Below are positions 27,301 through 36,047 of a DNA stretch of 64,000 nt, in pieces. The translations under genes and the position numbers were made by a program. The DNA is taken from contig JBILLK010000007.1 in assembly GCA_044376115.1 (NCBI GenBank), positions 64,001 through 128,000 of the forward strand, given 5' to 3'. This stretch comes from Polyangiaceae bacterium. Lineage in GTDB: Bacteria > Myxococcota_A > Polyangia > Polyangiales > Polyangiaceae. The first letter of the stretch is position 1. The number at the start of each line of letters is the position of its first letter. The notes below the pieces were generated by a model. The model saw only the letters and a program-made list of their open reading frames with translations. It was not told the origin of the DNA and did no database searches.

Positions 27301-29599
27301 GCCCTTGTCGGTTGAGGATGCGATCCACACCGCGCAGTGCGGTCAGGCTGCCGGGGTCCACGTCGAGCGCAGACTCGTAACGACGTTGCGCCTCGGGCAG
27401 GTTGTTGAGCTGATCTTCGTACAGCTCGGCCACGCGACAGATCGCCTCGACGCGCGCTTCACCGCGCAAAGCCTCGCTGCGCTTCTCGAGGATCTTGGCC
27501 AGACCTTCGGTGTCGTTGAGCGCTTGGTAGATGCGGGTGAGCGCGTCGCAAGCGGCGTCATGACCAGGATCTTCGGCGATGATCTGCTCGTACAAATCAC
27601 GTGCGCGACCGGGATCCGAGAGCTTGGTCTCGAGCAGGTCGGCGGCCTCGGCGCGGATGCGTCGTGCCTTCTCCGGGGTGGCTGCACGATCGGCGCGACG
27701 GAGGAGCACCTGACCGAGCTCGTTCCATTGCTGCGCTCGGCGATAAACCTGCGTCATACCGCTGAGCGCGCCCTCGTTGGCTGCGTCCAGTTGGAGCACG
27801 GCCTGGAAGCAGGGCAGACCCAAGTCGGGGCGGGCGATCTTCTCCGAGTACCAAAGGCCCAAGCGGGTGAAGAGCGTGACCTTCGTCTCAGTGGGCATGC
27901 GGGGATGGTTGGTCGCCTCGCTGAGGATCTGCAGCGCCTCGCCCCAGAGCTTCATGTCGGTGCCAGCCGCTCGCTCGAGATCGGCCGCGTATTCGTCGTT
28001 CTGGACGTCCTGGGCGAGCGCCTGCGCGTAAGCGAAAACGCCCTGCTCGTGATCGTCGAGCTCACGCACGTACAAATGCGCGATCTGGTTGAAGCAGCGC
28101 GCGCGCTCGCTGTGGCTCTCGCTCTTTTCGCTGCGTTCGACCAGCATCTCGATCAGCTCTTCGTGTTTGCCGAGGTTGCGGCGTAGATCCTCGAGCGCCG
28201 TTTGAGCGATCGGATCATTCGGGTCGAGCTCACAAAGCTGCTTGAGCGTCTCCTCGGCGGCCTCGTGTTGCTTGGCGCTCTCGAGGATGCGCGCGGCTCG
28301 GAACAGCAGCGACTTCTTCGCCTCGATCGCCTTGTCTTTGCCCTCTTCCTCGGGCACTTCCACGCCCTCGGCAGCCATGGCGAAGGCCTCGGCGACCTTG
28401 GTCGGCTCGGCGCCCTCTTCGATCGAGGACTCCAGCGCGAGCGCCGCGTCGTGATCGTTCGGGTCTGCCACGAGCGCGTCCACGCGCGCCTCGAAGTCGG
28501 AGGCCGCGAGCGTCTTGGCGACAGCCGGCTTGCCGATGCTGCTCAACAGCTCGAGCACCGCCGCAGCTGACTTGGGGCGCTTGTCCGCCGTCTTCTCGAG
28601 CAGCTTCAAACAAAGCTCATCCACCTCTTTGTGGATCCAGCCTTTGGGCGCGACGCTCGACGGTGCAGCCGGCGGTGAAGCCAGATGCGCCGCGACGAAA
28701 TCAGCGCTGGAGGTGCCGGTGAAGGGCGGCTTGCCCGTCAGCACCTCGTACAAAACCACGCCGAAGGCATAAAGGTCGCTCGCCACGTCTGCGGGCTTGC
28801 CGCGCAGCGATTCGGGGCTGGCGCTCTTGGCCCAGCCCGCGGCCGAAAGGGCTCCACCGAGCCGATCCGCGCCGGCGTCGGCCAGGATGGCCTCTTGTGT
28901 ACCCGCAGCCGTGCGCGTGACGAGCACGTTCTCGAGCTTCAGATTGCCGTGCGATAGCCGAGCTTGATGCAGGGCGACCAAGCCTTGCAATACGCCCTTG
29001 AGGAAGGGCTTGGCCTCGTTCAAATGCAAGGCGCCGGAGCGGCTGATGCGCGCCGAGAGCGGTTGCGCCTCGGCCAGGCGGTAGCTGACGAACACCGTGC
29101 CGTCCAAGCTGCCCGTGTCCAGCCCAGCGGCTAGATTGGGGCTCTCGACCTTGGCGAGCAGGCGCGTGTAGGCGATGAAGCGGCGGGCGACTCCGGGGTG
29201 AGCCGTTAGATCGCGGCGGATCAGCCTGAGCACGCGATCTTCACCATCGCGCTTGGCGAGGTAGGTGGTCGCCCGAACGCCTTCGGCGATTTTGCGCACG
29301 ATGGTGAAGCGGCCGAAGCTCGCCCCGGGCTTGAGCTCCGGATCGGCGGGCAGGCCGTTCTTCAACAGGTCACGCACCTTCGCGTCCAGATCCGGCCGCG
29401 AGCCGACCATGGCGTCCACCAAAGCCAGCGTGGAGCTCGTCTCCTGACAACGCTCCACCAACGCCTTTGCGAAGGAGGCTTTTGACGCCGTTCCGCCTAC
29501 GTCGTCGGGCGGGAAACCCAGCAGCTCATCGGAGAGAAGCAGAAGCTCTTCGAGCGAGAAAAGCCTCTCTAGCTCGCCGCGAACGATCTCAGTCGACAT
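24332..29599 (-). CDS. giant pseudokinase-TPR protein (1755 aa)
   Basis: Start MSTEIV after GAGGAGG; kinase fold with HGNLK and DAG; many TPR units (ERVLEIDPNHAGALESL etc.); C-terminal DRAGL domain. Confidence 0.88.
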   Translation of the reverse strand: MSTEIVRGELERLFSLEELLLLSDELLGFPPDDVGGTASKASFAKALVERCQETSSTLALVDAMVGSRPDLDAKVRDLLKNGLPADPELKPGASFGRFTIVRKIAEGVRATTYLAKRDGEDRVLRLIRRDLTAHPGVARRFIAYTRLLAKVESPNLAAGLDTGSLDGTVFVSYRLAEAQPLSARISRSGALHLNEAKPFLKGVLQGLVALHQARLSHGNLKLENVLVTRTAAGTQEAILADAGADRLGGALSAAGWAKSASPESLRGKPADVASDLYAFGVVLYEVLTGKPPFTGTSSADFVAAHLASPPAAPSSVAPKGWIHKEVDELCLKLLEKTADKRPKSAAAVLELLSSIGKPAVAKTLAASDFEARVDALVADPNDHDAALALESSIEEGAEPTKVAEAFAMAAEGVEVPEEEGKDKAIEAKKSLLFRAARILESAKQHEAAEETLKQLCELDPNDPIAQTALEDLRRNLGKHEELIEMLVERSEKSESHSERARCFNQIAHLYVRELDDHEQGVFAYAQALAQDVQNDEYAADLERAAGTDMKLWGEALQILSEATNHPRMPTETKVTLFTRLGLWYSEKIARPDLGLPCFQAVLQLDAANEGALSGMTQVYRRAQQWNELGQVLLRRADRAATPEKARRIRAEAADLLETKLSDPGRARDLYEQIIAEDPGHDAACDALTRIYQALNDTEGLAKILEKRSEALRGEARVEAICRVAELYEDQLNNLPEAQRRYESALDVDPGSLTALRGVDRILNRQGRYGELLEILERQLAIAATPRQKINLLERMAGIQDEEFLDHTKSAETLERILAIDPTHLASLVSLMRHYRALDRWEDVVAGYEKQLKLITEDKARVDALLALGRVLVEQVGSPLRAKTAYERVLEIDPNHAGALESLANVRIATGDAEEAISAVESLASKAEKPEQKSDLWVRAAKMLEEKGDKDGAIERYKAALDASSKNTIAALALRQAYLARGDAASAVELIAREIEVTDGKITKARLYGEMAVLLRDRLKENTRALEAATKAVDLDPTSLLGHTVTADTAFEAGRFIEAAKSYDVVVGRADALPPADAQRVVMRYIESLAKTGSTEKAKSHVETLLKFAPDSPEALMASARVTDGSGDHKRAVVLFQDVLTRFDDKLTMRMRSDALLGLGNARIALGELKEAVAPLAEAHDIDPESNAPLDALSRVYEQTGDWEELIRMKMRRLDSLTGEARTNLLLEVGDIYSQKLNDRTRASKSYVAALDERPEDRRVLTKLMQLYSEEKDWSRLVDVVLKLASMVGDTKQKAKYLHTAAIVAGRQMGDLERAAKFYDEVLELDPSLDKALLEAIDIRGQMRDFESVDRLLKIQLDRATEANDRDKILATFEQLGKLYHDKLGWTSEAIDAFEAAQTLEPDNVARNELLATLYASDPAQYLDKAVAAQKPIIRKNPLKPEPYRLLRKLYTESKRADAAWCLCQALVNMNLAEPDEERFFRRMRPEGPAAAQSRLSNEDWQLLMHSDADPLLTHIFQLIEPAVLKRNGQPLEALGFQAAYALDLLRHPYPMSQTLYYAAGVLGMEPPLTFQNPEDGGGLAFLHAHTPAVVLGQAALALELPQQPAAFIAAKHLTYYRPGLYIRHLVPTGTGLRAWLFAAIRLVVSAFPVAPELEGPVGDNLALLEKSIHGPQRDQLTSSVTKLLQSGAIDLKRWVVGVDHSSDRAGLILANDLEIALEMVKSQDENRERQKELLLFTATEEFFTLRTRLGIAIDS

Positions 29600-29675
29600 G
29601 GTCCTCCTCGTCGGCGCCACGGGCGCTCGGGGCGCGGATGGTACTTACTGGAGCTTTTGCGCGGAAGAGGAACCT

Positions 29676-30680
29676 TCAGTCAATCAACCGACTTAGCCCG
29701 AACAGGCCCAGAATCAGCAACAACCCAGCCAAAAGCAGCAGCGGTAGCCAGCGGCGGCGCCAGGGGGAGGCGATCGGGCTTGCCTCTTGCGCGGAGGTAG
29801 GCAGCGACGCCAGGATCGGCAAAAGCGCGGCTTCGGCTTGGCCCGCATCGGCGAAACGCTGGCTGGCCTCGCGATTGACGGCCTGCGCGAACCAGCTGTC
29901 GAAGGCCGGCCCAAGTTGCTTTGCGCCCAGCTCACGTGAGCGCACCGAGGCCGGGGCGAGCGGCTCACGCAGCATCTCGACCGCCAAATCGAAGGCGGTT
30001 GCGCCTTTGGCGCTCGCGCCGCGCCAGTAGACCTTGCCGCACAACAGGCGGAAGGTGAGCAATCCGAGCGCCCACACGTCGGCCGCCGGTTTGATGATCT
30101 GGCCCTCTTTGCCTTGTTCCGGCGCTGTCCAGAGCGGGGTTCCCAAGCCCGGTGCAGTACCGCCGTGAGTCGTCTCTCGAACGACCTTTGCGACCCCAAA
30201 ATCCAAAACCTTCAGCTCGGTACGCTGGCCGGGACTCGTGGCTTGGCAGAGAAAGAGATTCTCCGGCTTCAAGTCGCGGTGGACGACGGCCGCTTCATGC
30301 GCTTTGGCGAGCGCTCGGAACAGCTCTTTCACCAGGTGCACCGCTTCTGCCGTGGGCAAGACGGGCTGTTGCGCGAGGCGCTGCTCGAGGTTGATGCCGG
30401 TGAGTAGCTCCATCGCGAAATACGGTTGGCTCTTCGGGGCTTGCGACCAACCGGAGTCGAAGACGCGAGCGATGTGCGGGCTTTGGATGCGTTCACCTAC
30501 GAGCGCCTCCGATTGAAAGCGCGCTACGAAGCTCGCGTCGGCGGCGAGGTCGCGGTTCATCAGCTTGAGCGCGCAAGCCTGGCCGGAGCGTTGATCGGTC
30601 GCCTCGTAGACGATGCCCATTGCCCCTTGGCCGAGCACACGATGGATCGTGTACCTTCCGTTGAAGACGCTGCCGGGCAT
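29676..30680 (-). CDS. Hanks-type Ser/Thr protein kinase with C-terminal membrane anchor
   Basis: LGQGAMGIVY, ALK, HRDLKPEN, DFG, APEQ, DVWALG; start at 30680 or 30728. Confidence 0.93.
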   Translation of the reverse strand: MPGSVFNGRYTIHRVLGQGAMGIVYEATDQRSGQACALKLMNRDLAADASFVARFQSEALVGERIQSPHIARVFDSGWSQAPKSQPYFAMELLTGINLEQRLAQQPVLPTAEAVHLVKELFRALAKAHEAAVVHRDLKPENLFLCQATSPGQRTELKVLDFGVAKVVRETTHGGTAPGLGTPLWTAPEQGKEGQIIKPAADVWALGLLTFRLLCGKVYWRGASAKGATAFDLAVEMLREPLAPASVRSRELGAKQLGPAFDSWFAQAVNREASQRFADAGQAEAALLPILASLPTSAQEASPIASPWRRRWLPLLLLAGLLLILGLFGLSRLID

Positions 30681-30747
30681 CAAACGGTGGCTGGTCACGG
30701 TCGTCGAGAGTACCTCGTTTCGCTTCATGAAGCCGATCACAGCAAGA

Positions 30748-31155
30748 GTGACTCGCAGTCTTGGTTGGGTTGGGCTTGCTTGGCTCGCTGCGGCCTGCGC
30801 GAGTTCGAGCTTCGAGCCGGAGCGAATCAGCCGCGTACCCTCGAGGGTGTTGACGGCCGAGGATCTGCGGACGCGTGTTGGCCGGTTGGGTCGTGAGTTG
30901 GGGGTGGTCACCGAGTCCGTCACGGTGCACGGCCAATGTTTGAGCGACTGTGCTCCCAGCTCGACCCCGGGCAAGTGCGTGGCGATGTTTGGTGAGCGTG
31001 AAGGTGGCAAGCCGTTCGCCGCGTTGCTCGATCAGCAGGCCGAGCTCGAGCCGGGCAGGCGGTATGTGTTGCAAGGCTCGGTCGAGCTGAGCCCGGCTGT
31101 GCGCGACCGCTGGCTTCTGCGCGCGGAGGTGCTGGCGGTGGTGGTGCCGGAGTAG
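30748..31155 (+). CDS. hypothetical lipoprotein
   Basis: Hydrophobic signal ending AAAC; three further Cys; start uncertain (30727 or 30748). Confidence 0.6.
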   Translation: MTRSLGWVGLAWLAAACASSSFEPERISRVPSRVLTAEDLRTRVGRLGRELGVVTESVTVHGQCLSDCAPSSTPGKCVAMFGEREGGKPFAALLDQQAELEPGRRYVLQGSVELSPAVRDRWLLRAEVLAVVVPE

Positions 31156-31202
31156 TGCTCACGGGCTGGCGCTGCGGCCCGCCTGCCGCTATCGTTCGGG
31201 CC

Positions 31203-32174
31203 ATGCGCTTTTCCTCGGCCTCCTTGGTTTCGGCGGTGTTTCTCCTTGCTGCGTGTGGTGACGACAGCTCGAGCGGCGGAGGAGGAAGCGGGGCGACCGG
31301 TGGTAACGGTGGAGAGACGAGCGGTGGGCAAGGCGGCACCGGCGGTGAAGTGGCGAGCGGTGGCAGCGGCGGCGGCGCGACGGGAACCACGGTTGGTGGA
31401 GACCGCCCGGTGGAGGTGATCGTCCCCTCGAGCTACGACGAAGCGGTGGCGACGCCGCTGGTGATTTTGCTGCACGGCTATTCGGCCGATGGGCCGGTGC
31501 AGGACCTCTACTTTGGCTTCACCGAGATGGCCGAAGAACGCGGCTTTCTTTACGCCTACCCGAACGGCACGGTGGATCAGACGGGGGAGAATTTTTGGAA
31601 CGCCACCCCGGCTTGCTGCAACTTTTTCGATGAGCCCGTGGACGACTCGGCCTACTTGATCGGCCTTGTCGACGAGATCTCCAGCAAGTGGAACGTCGAT
31701 CCGAAGCGTGTTTACCTCGTTGGTCACTCGAACGGCGGCTTCATGTCGCACCGAATGGCCTGCGACCACGCCGACAAGGTCGCGGCGATCGTCAGCCTGG
31801 CTGGTTCGAACTTCAATGACCCAGCCGATTGCACGGCCTCCGAGCCGGTCAGCGTGGTGCAGATCCACGGCACCGCCGACGACACCATCGCCTACGAGGG
31901 CGGCAGCACGTTGGGAAGCCAAGCGACGACGTATCCGTCGGCCGCTGACAGCGTGGCTGCGTGGGCCGCCGTTGACGGTTGTGTGGGCGAGCCTGTGGAG
32001 GCGGGAGCCAAGGACGTCAGCACGGAAACCACCAACGTGCTCAGGTATGAGGGCTGCACAGCCGGTACCGACGTAGAGCTTTGGACAATCGAGGGCGGCG
32101 GTCACATCCCGGCCTTCTCGTTCGGCTTTGGCCCGGCGGTGTTCGACTTCCTCGAGGCCCATCCGAAGCCGTAG
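31203..32174 (+). CDS. PHB depolymerase/LpqC-type esterase lipoprotein
   Basis: Lipobox LAAC, LLHGY, GHSNGG nucleophile, IHGTAD, GGGHIP. Confidence 0.88.
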   Translation: MRFSSASLVSAVFLLAACGDDSSSGGGGSGATGGNGGETSGGQGGTGGEVASGGSGGGATGTTVGGDRPVEVIVPSSYDEAVATPLVILLHGYSADGPVQDLYFGFTEMAEERGFLYAYPNGTVDQTGENFWNATPACCNFFDEPVDDSAYLIGLVDEISSKWNVDPKRVYLVGHSNGGFMSHRMACDHADKVAAIVSLAGSNFNDPADCTASEPVSVVQIHGTADDTIAYEGGSTLGSQATTYPSAADSVAAWAAVDGCVGEPVEAGAKDVSTETTNVLRYEGCTAGTDVELWTIEGGGHIPAFSFGFGPAVFDFLEAHPKP

Positions 32175-32240
32175 GCGGGTGGGAGTGCTGGGCCGGGCTT
32201 GCTGTTGCCCGCGGTACGACTGACACTCTATCTTCGCGGA

Positions 32241-35200
32241 ATGGCTCGTACCGCTCCCGTACCGAACATTCCTCCGCTCCCGGGCATGTGTCCCAGCGTC
32301 GCGGTGCTTGGAGGCGGCGGTAACGGTGGCGGAGGTTCGGGCAAGGGAGCCGGAGCTGGGGACGGCAATGGGCCTGGTGATGGCTCGGGCTCCGGTGACG
32401 AAGCGACTGGTGACTCAACATCCGCTGCGCAATGCGGTCAGGGTGGCAGCACCTCTTGCACCTCCCACCAACCGGGCGCCGTAGCCGGGGACCCTGTCGA
32501 CGTTGCGTCAGGACGTGTCTTTACGACGCCGATCGTTGACCTGCATGTCGCAGGGCCGCTTCCCCTTCGCATCGCTCGGCTTTACTCGTCCGCATGCAGA
32601 AGGCGGAACGTCGGAATGGGTTTCGGGTGGTCACACTCCCTGGCCTGGGAGATAGAGGAACGTAGAACCGCGCTGGTCGTCCATCATGCCAACGGAACTC
32701 GGATTGTCGTCGCCAAGCTTGAGGTGGGGCAGCAGGTTCTTGGGCCAAAAGGGCTGCTGATTCGAAGGACGCCAGACGGCTTTTACCTTGACGCCGACGA
32801 CGGCGTCCATCGCCTGCTCCAGCAGCTACCTGGCGATGAAAGTGGTAGCTACCGGCTCACCCGCATTCATGACGCGAACAACAACGCGTTGACCCTCGGC
32901 TACGATTCAACAGGGAATCTTACAACAGTTAGTGACTCTGTTGGTCGCCAGGCGAGGTTTTGCTGGTCCGATGGCGCGATCCAGCGTCTCGAGATGTTTC
33001 TTCCAACTGAGCAGCGGTGGGCGTGCTTCGCACGCTACACGGTCGATGTCCGAGGCGATCTCGTGCTCGCCGAAGACTCGGAGGGCTCGCGTTCGCGTTT
33101 CGTCTATGACGAAGCGCATCGCCTTACAGAACATGAGCGACCTTCCGGTCTGGTGTTCCACTACGTCTACGACGCCCAAAATCGATGCGTTGAAACTTGG
33201 GGTGATCGACGTAACGGAGTGGAGCCAGCCTTCGGTCCAGCCACCAGTAAGACTCTTGCGGACGGGAGTCCTGCGCGCGGAGTCCACCACGTTAAGTTGG
33301 CCTTCCATGCCGATGGCTATCGCGAAGTGATCGATGTCCGAACGGTCAGTCGATACTTTGCGAATCGGCACGGCACGATCGACAAAGCCGTTGTCGGAAG
33401 TTCGGTAACAAGTCGCCAGTTCGACGAGCATGGCCACGAGACAACTACCCAGGACGCGACTGGCGCGGTTTGGCGTTACCACCGTGACGCCCGCGGCCGC
33501 GTGTTGAGGACGGTCGATCCCCTCGGACGCACGACCGACATCGTCCGTGATGACGCTGGTCGCCCCGTGCTAATCAAGGCGCCTAACGGTGGGCAGACGC
33601 GTTTCGATAGGGACAGCCGCGGGAACGTGGAGCGCCGTACCGACGCTGAGGGGGGCATCGAGTCGTTCAAGTACGACGAGCGTGGCTTACTGCTTGAGCA
33701 CGTGAGCGCCGATAGTCAACGACGGTGCTACCGCTGGGACGCCCTGGGTAACTTGGTGGAGGCTCGGTTTCCCAACGGCGCATGCTATCGATACGAGTTT
33801 GATGACCTTGGGCGACGCACCGCTACCGTGAATCCACGTGGGGACCGGTTCGAGACGCTTTGGAACCTACGCGGGGACGTACTGCGAAAGGTCGACCCGC
33901 TCGGTGGAGTGACAAGTTTCACTTGGGATGGTCAATCACGCCTGATCCGGGAGACCCGTCCAGACAACACGGTTTGGGAGTACGTGTACGGCGGCCTCCG
34001 TTCGCTCTGCGAGGTCAGGAAGCCTGACGGGAGGACGACTCGCATCGAGTTTGATATCGACGAGCGACCGCTTGTTGTTCACGATTCAAACAACGAAACC
34101 CACCAATTCTCCTGGAACTCTCGTGGGTTTGTTTCTACCGAAACGCGATGGGACGGTCACGAGACCCGGTACAAGTACGATGAACTCGGTCAGCCGACTC
34201 AGATTCGAACCTCGGGTGGAGATTTGCTAGAGCTGGAGTACGACCCAGCTGGGCAACTCGTGTGCAAGCGCTTCAGAGACGGTAGCGAACACCGCTTTCA
34301 CTACGATTCGATGGGCCGAATCGAGCGCGCCACCTCGCCTGGATGCGCTGTCAGCTTTGAGAGGAACCGCCTGGGCGGAGTGGTCAAGGAAACACAAACC
34401 GTCGACGGCGAAGCTGTGGAGGTCTTCACTCGCTTCGCTCCTTGTGGTGCACCCAGCGTGCTCACCACCTCCTTGGGCCACGCGATAACGTTTACCCACG
34501 ACTCAATGGGCCAGGTCCAGGTTATCGGACTTGGCTCGTCCGAGCTCAATCTGACGCGTGATCAACTCGGGCAGGTCGCGGTTACAACGTTACCCAGCGG
34601 AGCTCAGATCGAGAGTCGTTTCGACGCGCTCAATCGCCTCATTGAGCGAGGCGTTAAAGTTACTCAGCACCGCATGTCAGTAGGAGACCTCGAGCCAGTA
34701 TGGCTCGGTGGCAGCGCACGTTCGATCGAAAGGCTCTTTAGCTATTCGCCAACCTCAAGTCTCCTGAGCGTCGTTAGCCCAACGCCGCTCAGTTCTCGCA
34801 GCTATCGCTATGATGTGAGCGACCGGTTGACCGAGTTGCAGACACCTTCGACCACAACCTCACTTCGGTATGACGGTTCTACCAACGCGTTCCCGCCTGA
34901 AGGGGCGCGCTACGGGAAGGGCGGGGCGCTCGAGCAGTGGGGGGCCTGGAGGTATCAGCGCGACGCAGAGGGTCGAATCATCCGAAAAACACGCGATGCA
35001 GACGGAGCCAGGTTCGAGTTCGAGTGGGCAGCGGACGGCACGTTGCGCTCGACTACGACCCCAGATGGGATGATCGTTCGCCACCGGTATGACCCGTTTG
35101 GGCGTCGCCTGCATAAGGTCGTCAGGTCCTCCCCAAGATCTCCCTCCCGAACGCGTCACACGACTCGCTTTGTTTGGGACCAGGACCGCTTACTCCAGGA

Positions 35201-36047
35201 GCGCACGTTAAATGGCGCCCAGCAGACAGGTCGTGACTTTGTCCTCGACCTGGAGTCATTTGCGCCGATCGCGCAGGCCGATATCTCCGCAGATGGTTCG
35301 CGAACGTGGTGCTTTTACCTCAACGACCACGGAGGCGCGCCTGAGGAACTGCTTGACATTATGGGTCGCTCCGTAGCTGCGTTCCAGGCAACCCCCTGGG
35401 GCCGAGTCCAAGTAAGTGGCAGCCAAACGACGCCGCTCCAACGGCAGGGGGAGTACGTCGATACCGAGAGCGCCTCTGTCTACAACCGATACCGACACAT
35501 CGAGCTCGAGAACGGGCGTTTCCTCAGCCCTGACCCGATTGGGCTCAAGGGCGGTATGAACCCCTATGTCGCTGGGCCTAACAGTGTGTGCTTCATGGAC
35601 CCCTTCGGATTGTCGGTCGAATCCGACCGCGCAGCCCAGGTTCGGGACAACCAAGATGGCAGCGGCTTTAGCACCACAACCTCTGTCGCGAGGCTTGAGA
35701 ACGGCGACACGATCGTGACCGACTCGCGAGGCTCCCTCAACCCGTCAACTCGTATTCGCGATCCAAGCATGAACAACTCCCGCGGAACTCCGGGAGGTGC
35801 GGCCAACGGCGGAGTCGACAGCGGCGAATGGGTTCCACGTGCTGCGGAGGACTCTCACAACCCTGACATTCCTAACCCGCATCACGCCGAGCGGCGCGCA
35901 ATCGAGGAGGCCGAGCGGCGTGGAACCAAGATTCAGAGTATCAGCGCCACGAACAACTGCTGTCCGACCTGCCGCCAGGCGCTGAGGCGGCACAACCCCG
36001 ATATCATCATTACCGACGCAAACGGCAACCCCGCACCAGACCCATGA
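32241..36047 (+). CDS. Rhs/YD-repeat protein (DUF6531 + Rhs core) with C-terminal deaminase-like toxin
   Basis: GDPVDVASG, GFGWSHS, YD repeats, GRFLSPDPIGLKGG...DPFGL core end, then HAE...CCPTC. Confidence 0.93.
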   Translation: MARTAPVPNIPPLPGMCPSVAVLGGGGNGGGGSGKGAGAGDGNGPGDGSGSGDEATGDSTSAAQCGQGGSTSCTSHQPGAVAGDPVDVASGRVFTTPIVDLHVAGPLPLRIARLYSSACRRRNVGMGFGWSHSLAWEIEERRTALVVHHANGTRIVVAKLEVGQQVLGPKGLLIRRTPDGFYLDADDGVHRLLQQLPGDESGSYRLTRIHDANNNALTLGYDSTGNLTTVSDSVGRQARFCWSDGAIQRLEMFLPTEQRWACFARYTVDVRGDLVLAEDSEGSRSRFVYDEAHRLTEHERPSGLVFHYVYDAQNRCVETWGDRRNGVEPAFGPATSKTLADGSPARGVHHVKLAFHADGYREVIDVRTVSRYFANRHGTIDKAVVGSSVTSRQFDEHGHETTTQDATGAVWRYHRDARGRVLRTVDPLGRTTDIVRDDAGRPVLIKAPNGGQTRFDRDSRGNVERRTDAEGGIESFKYDERGLLLEHVSADSQRRCYRWDALGNLVEARFPNGACYRYEFDDLGRRTATVNPRGDRFETLWNLRGDVLRKVDPLGGVTSFTWDGQSRLIRETRPDNTVWEYVYGGLRSLCEVRKPDGRTTRIEFDIDERPLVVHDSNNETHQFSWNSRGFVSTETRWDGHETRYKYDELGQPTQIRTSGGDLLELEYDPAGQLVCKRFRDGSEHRFHYDSMGRIERATSPGCAVSFERNRLGGVVKETQTVDGEAVEVFTRFAPCGAPSVLTTSLGHAITFTHDSMGQVQVIGLGSSELNLTRDQLGQVAVTTLPSGAQIESRFDALNRLIERGVKVTQHRMSVGDLEPVWLGGSARSIERLFSYSPTSSLLSVVSPTPLSSRSYRYDVSDRLTELQTPSTTTSLRYDGSTNAFPPEGARYGKGGALEQWGAWRYQRDAEGRIIRKTRDADGARFEFEWAADGTLRSTTTPDGMIVRHRYDPFGRRLHKVVRSSPRSPSRTRHTTRFVWDQDRLLQERTLNGAQQTGRDFVLDLESFAPIAQADISADGSRTWCFYLNDHGGAPEELLDIMGRSVAAFQATPWGRVQVSGSQTTPLQRQGEYVDTESASVYNRYRHIELENGRFLSPDPIGLKGGMNPYVAGPNSVCFMDPFGLSVESDRAAQVRDNQDGSGFSTTTSVARLENGDTIVTDSRGSLNPSTRIRDPSMNNSRGTPGGAANGGVDSGEWVPRAAEDSHNPDIPNPHHAERRAIEEAERRGTKIQSISATNNCCPTCRQALRRHNPDIIITDANGNPAPDP

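Noticed and set aside
26474..28186. Long antisense ORFs (also 4653-6248, 60794-62815, 31032-32162)
   Set aside because: Typical stop-poor antisense frames of high-GC genes with no protein motifs
30726..30729. Shared CATG serving as start codon for both divergent genes
   Set aside because: Leaves no room for promoters or ribosome-binding sites; alternative starts at 30680 and 30748 are more plausible
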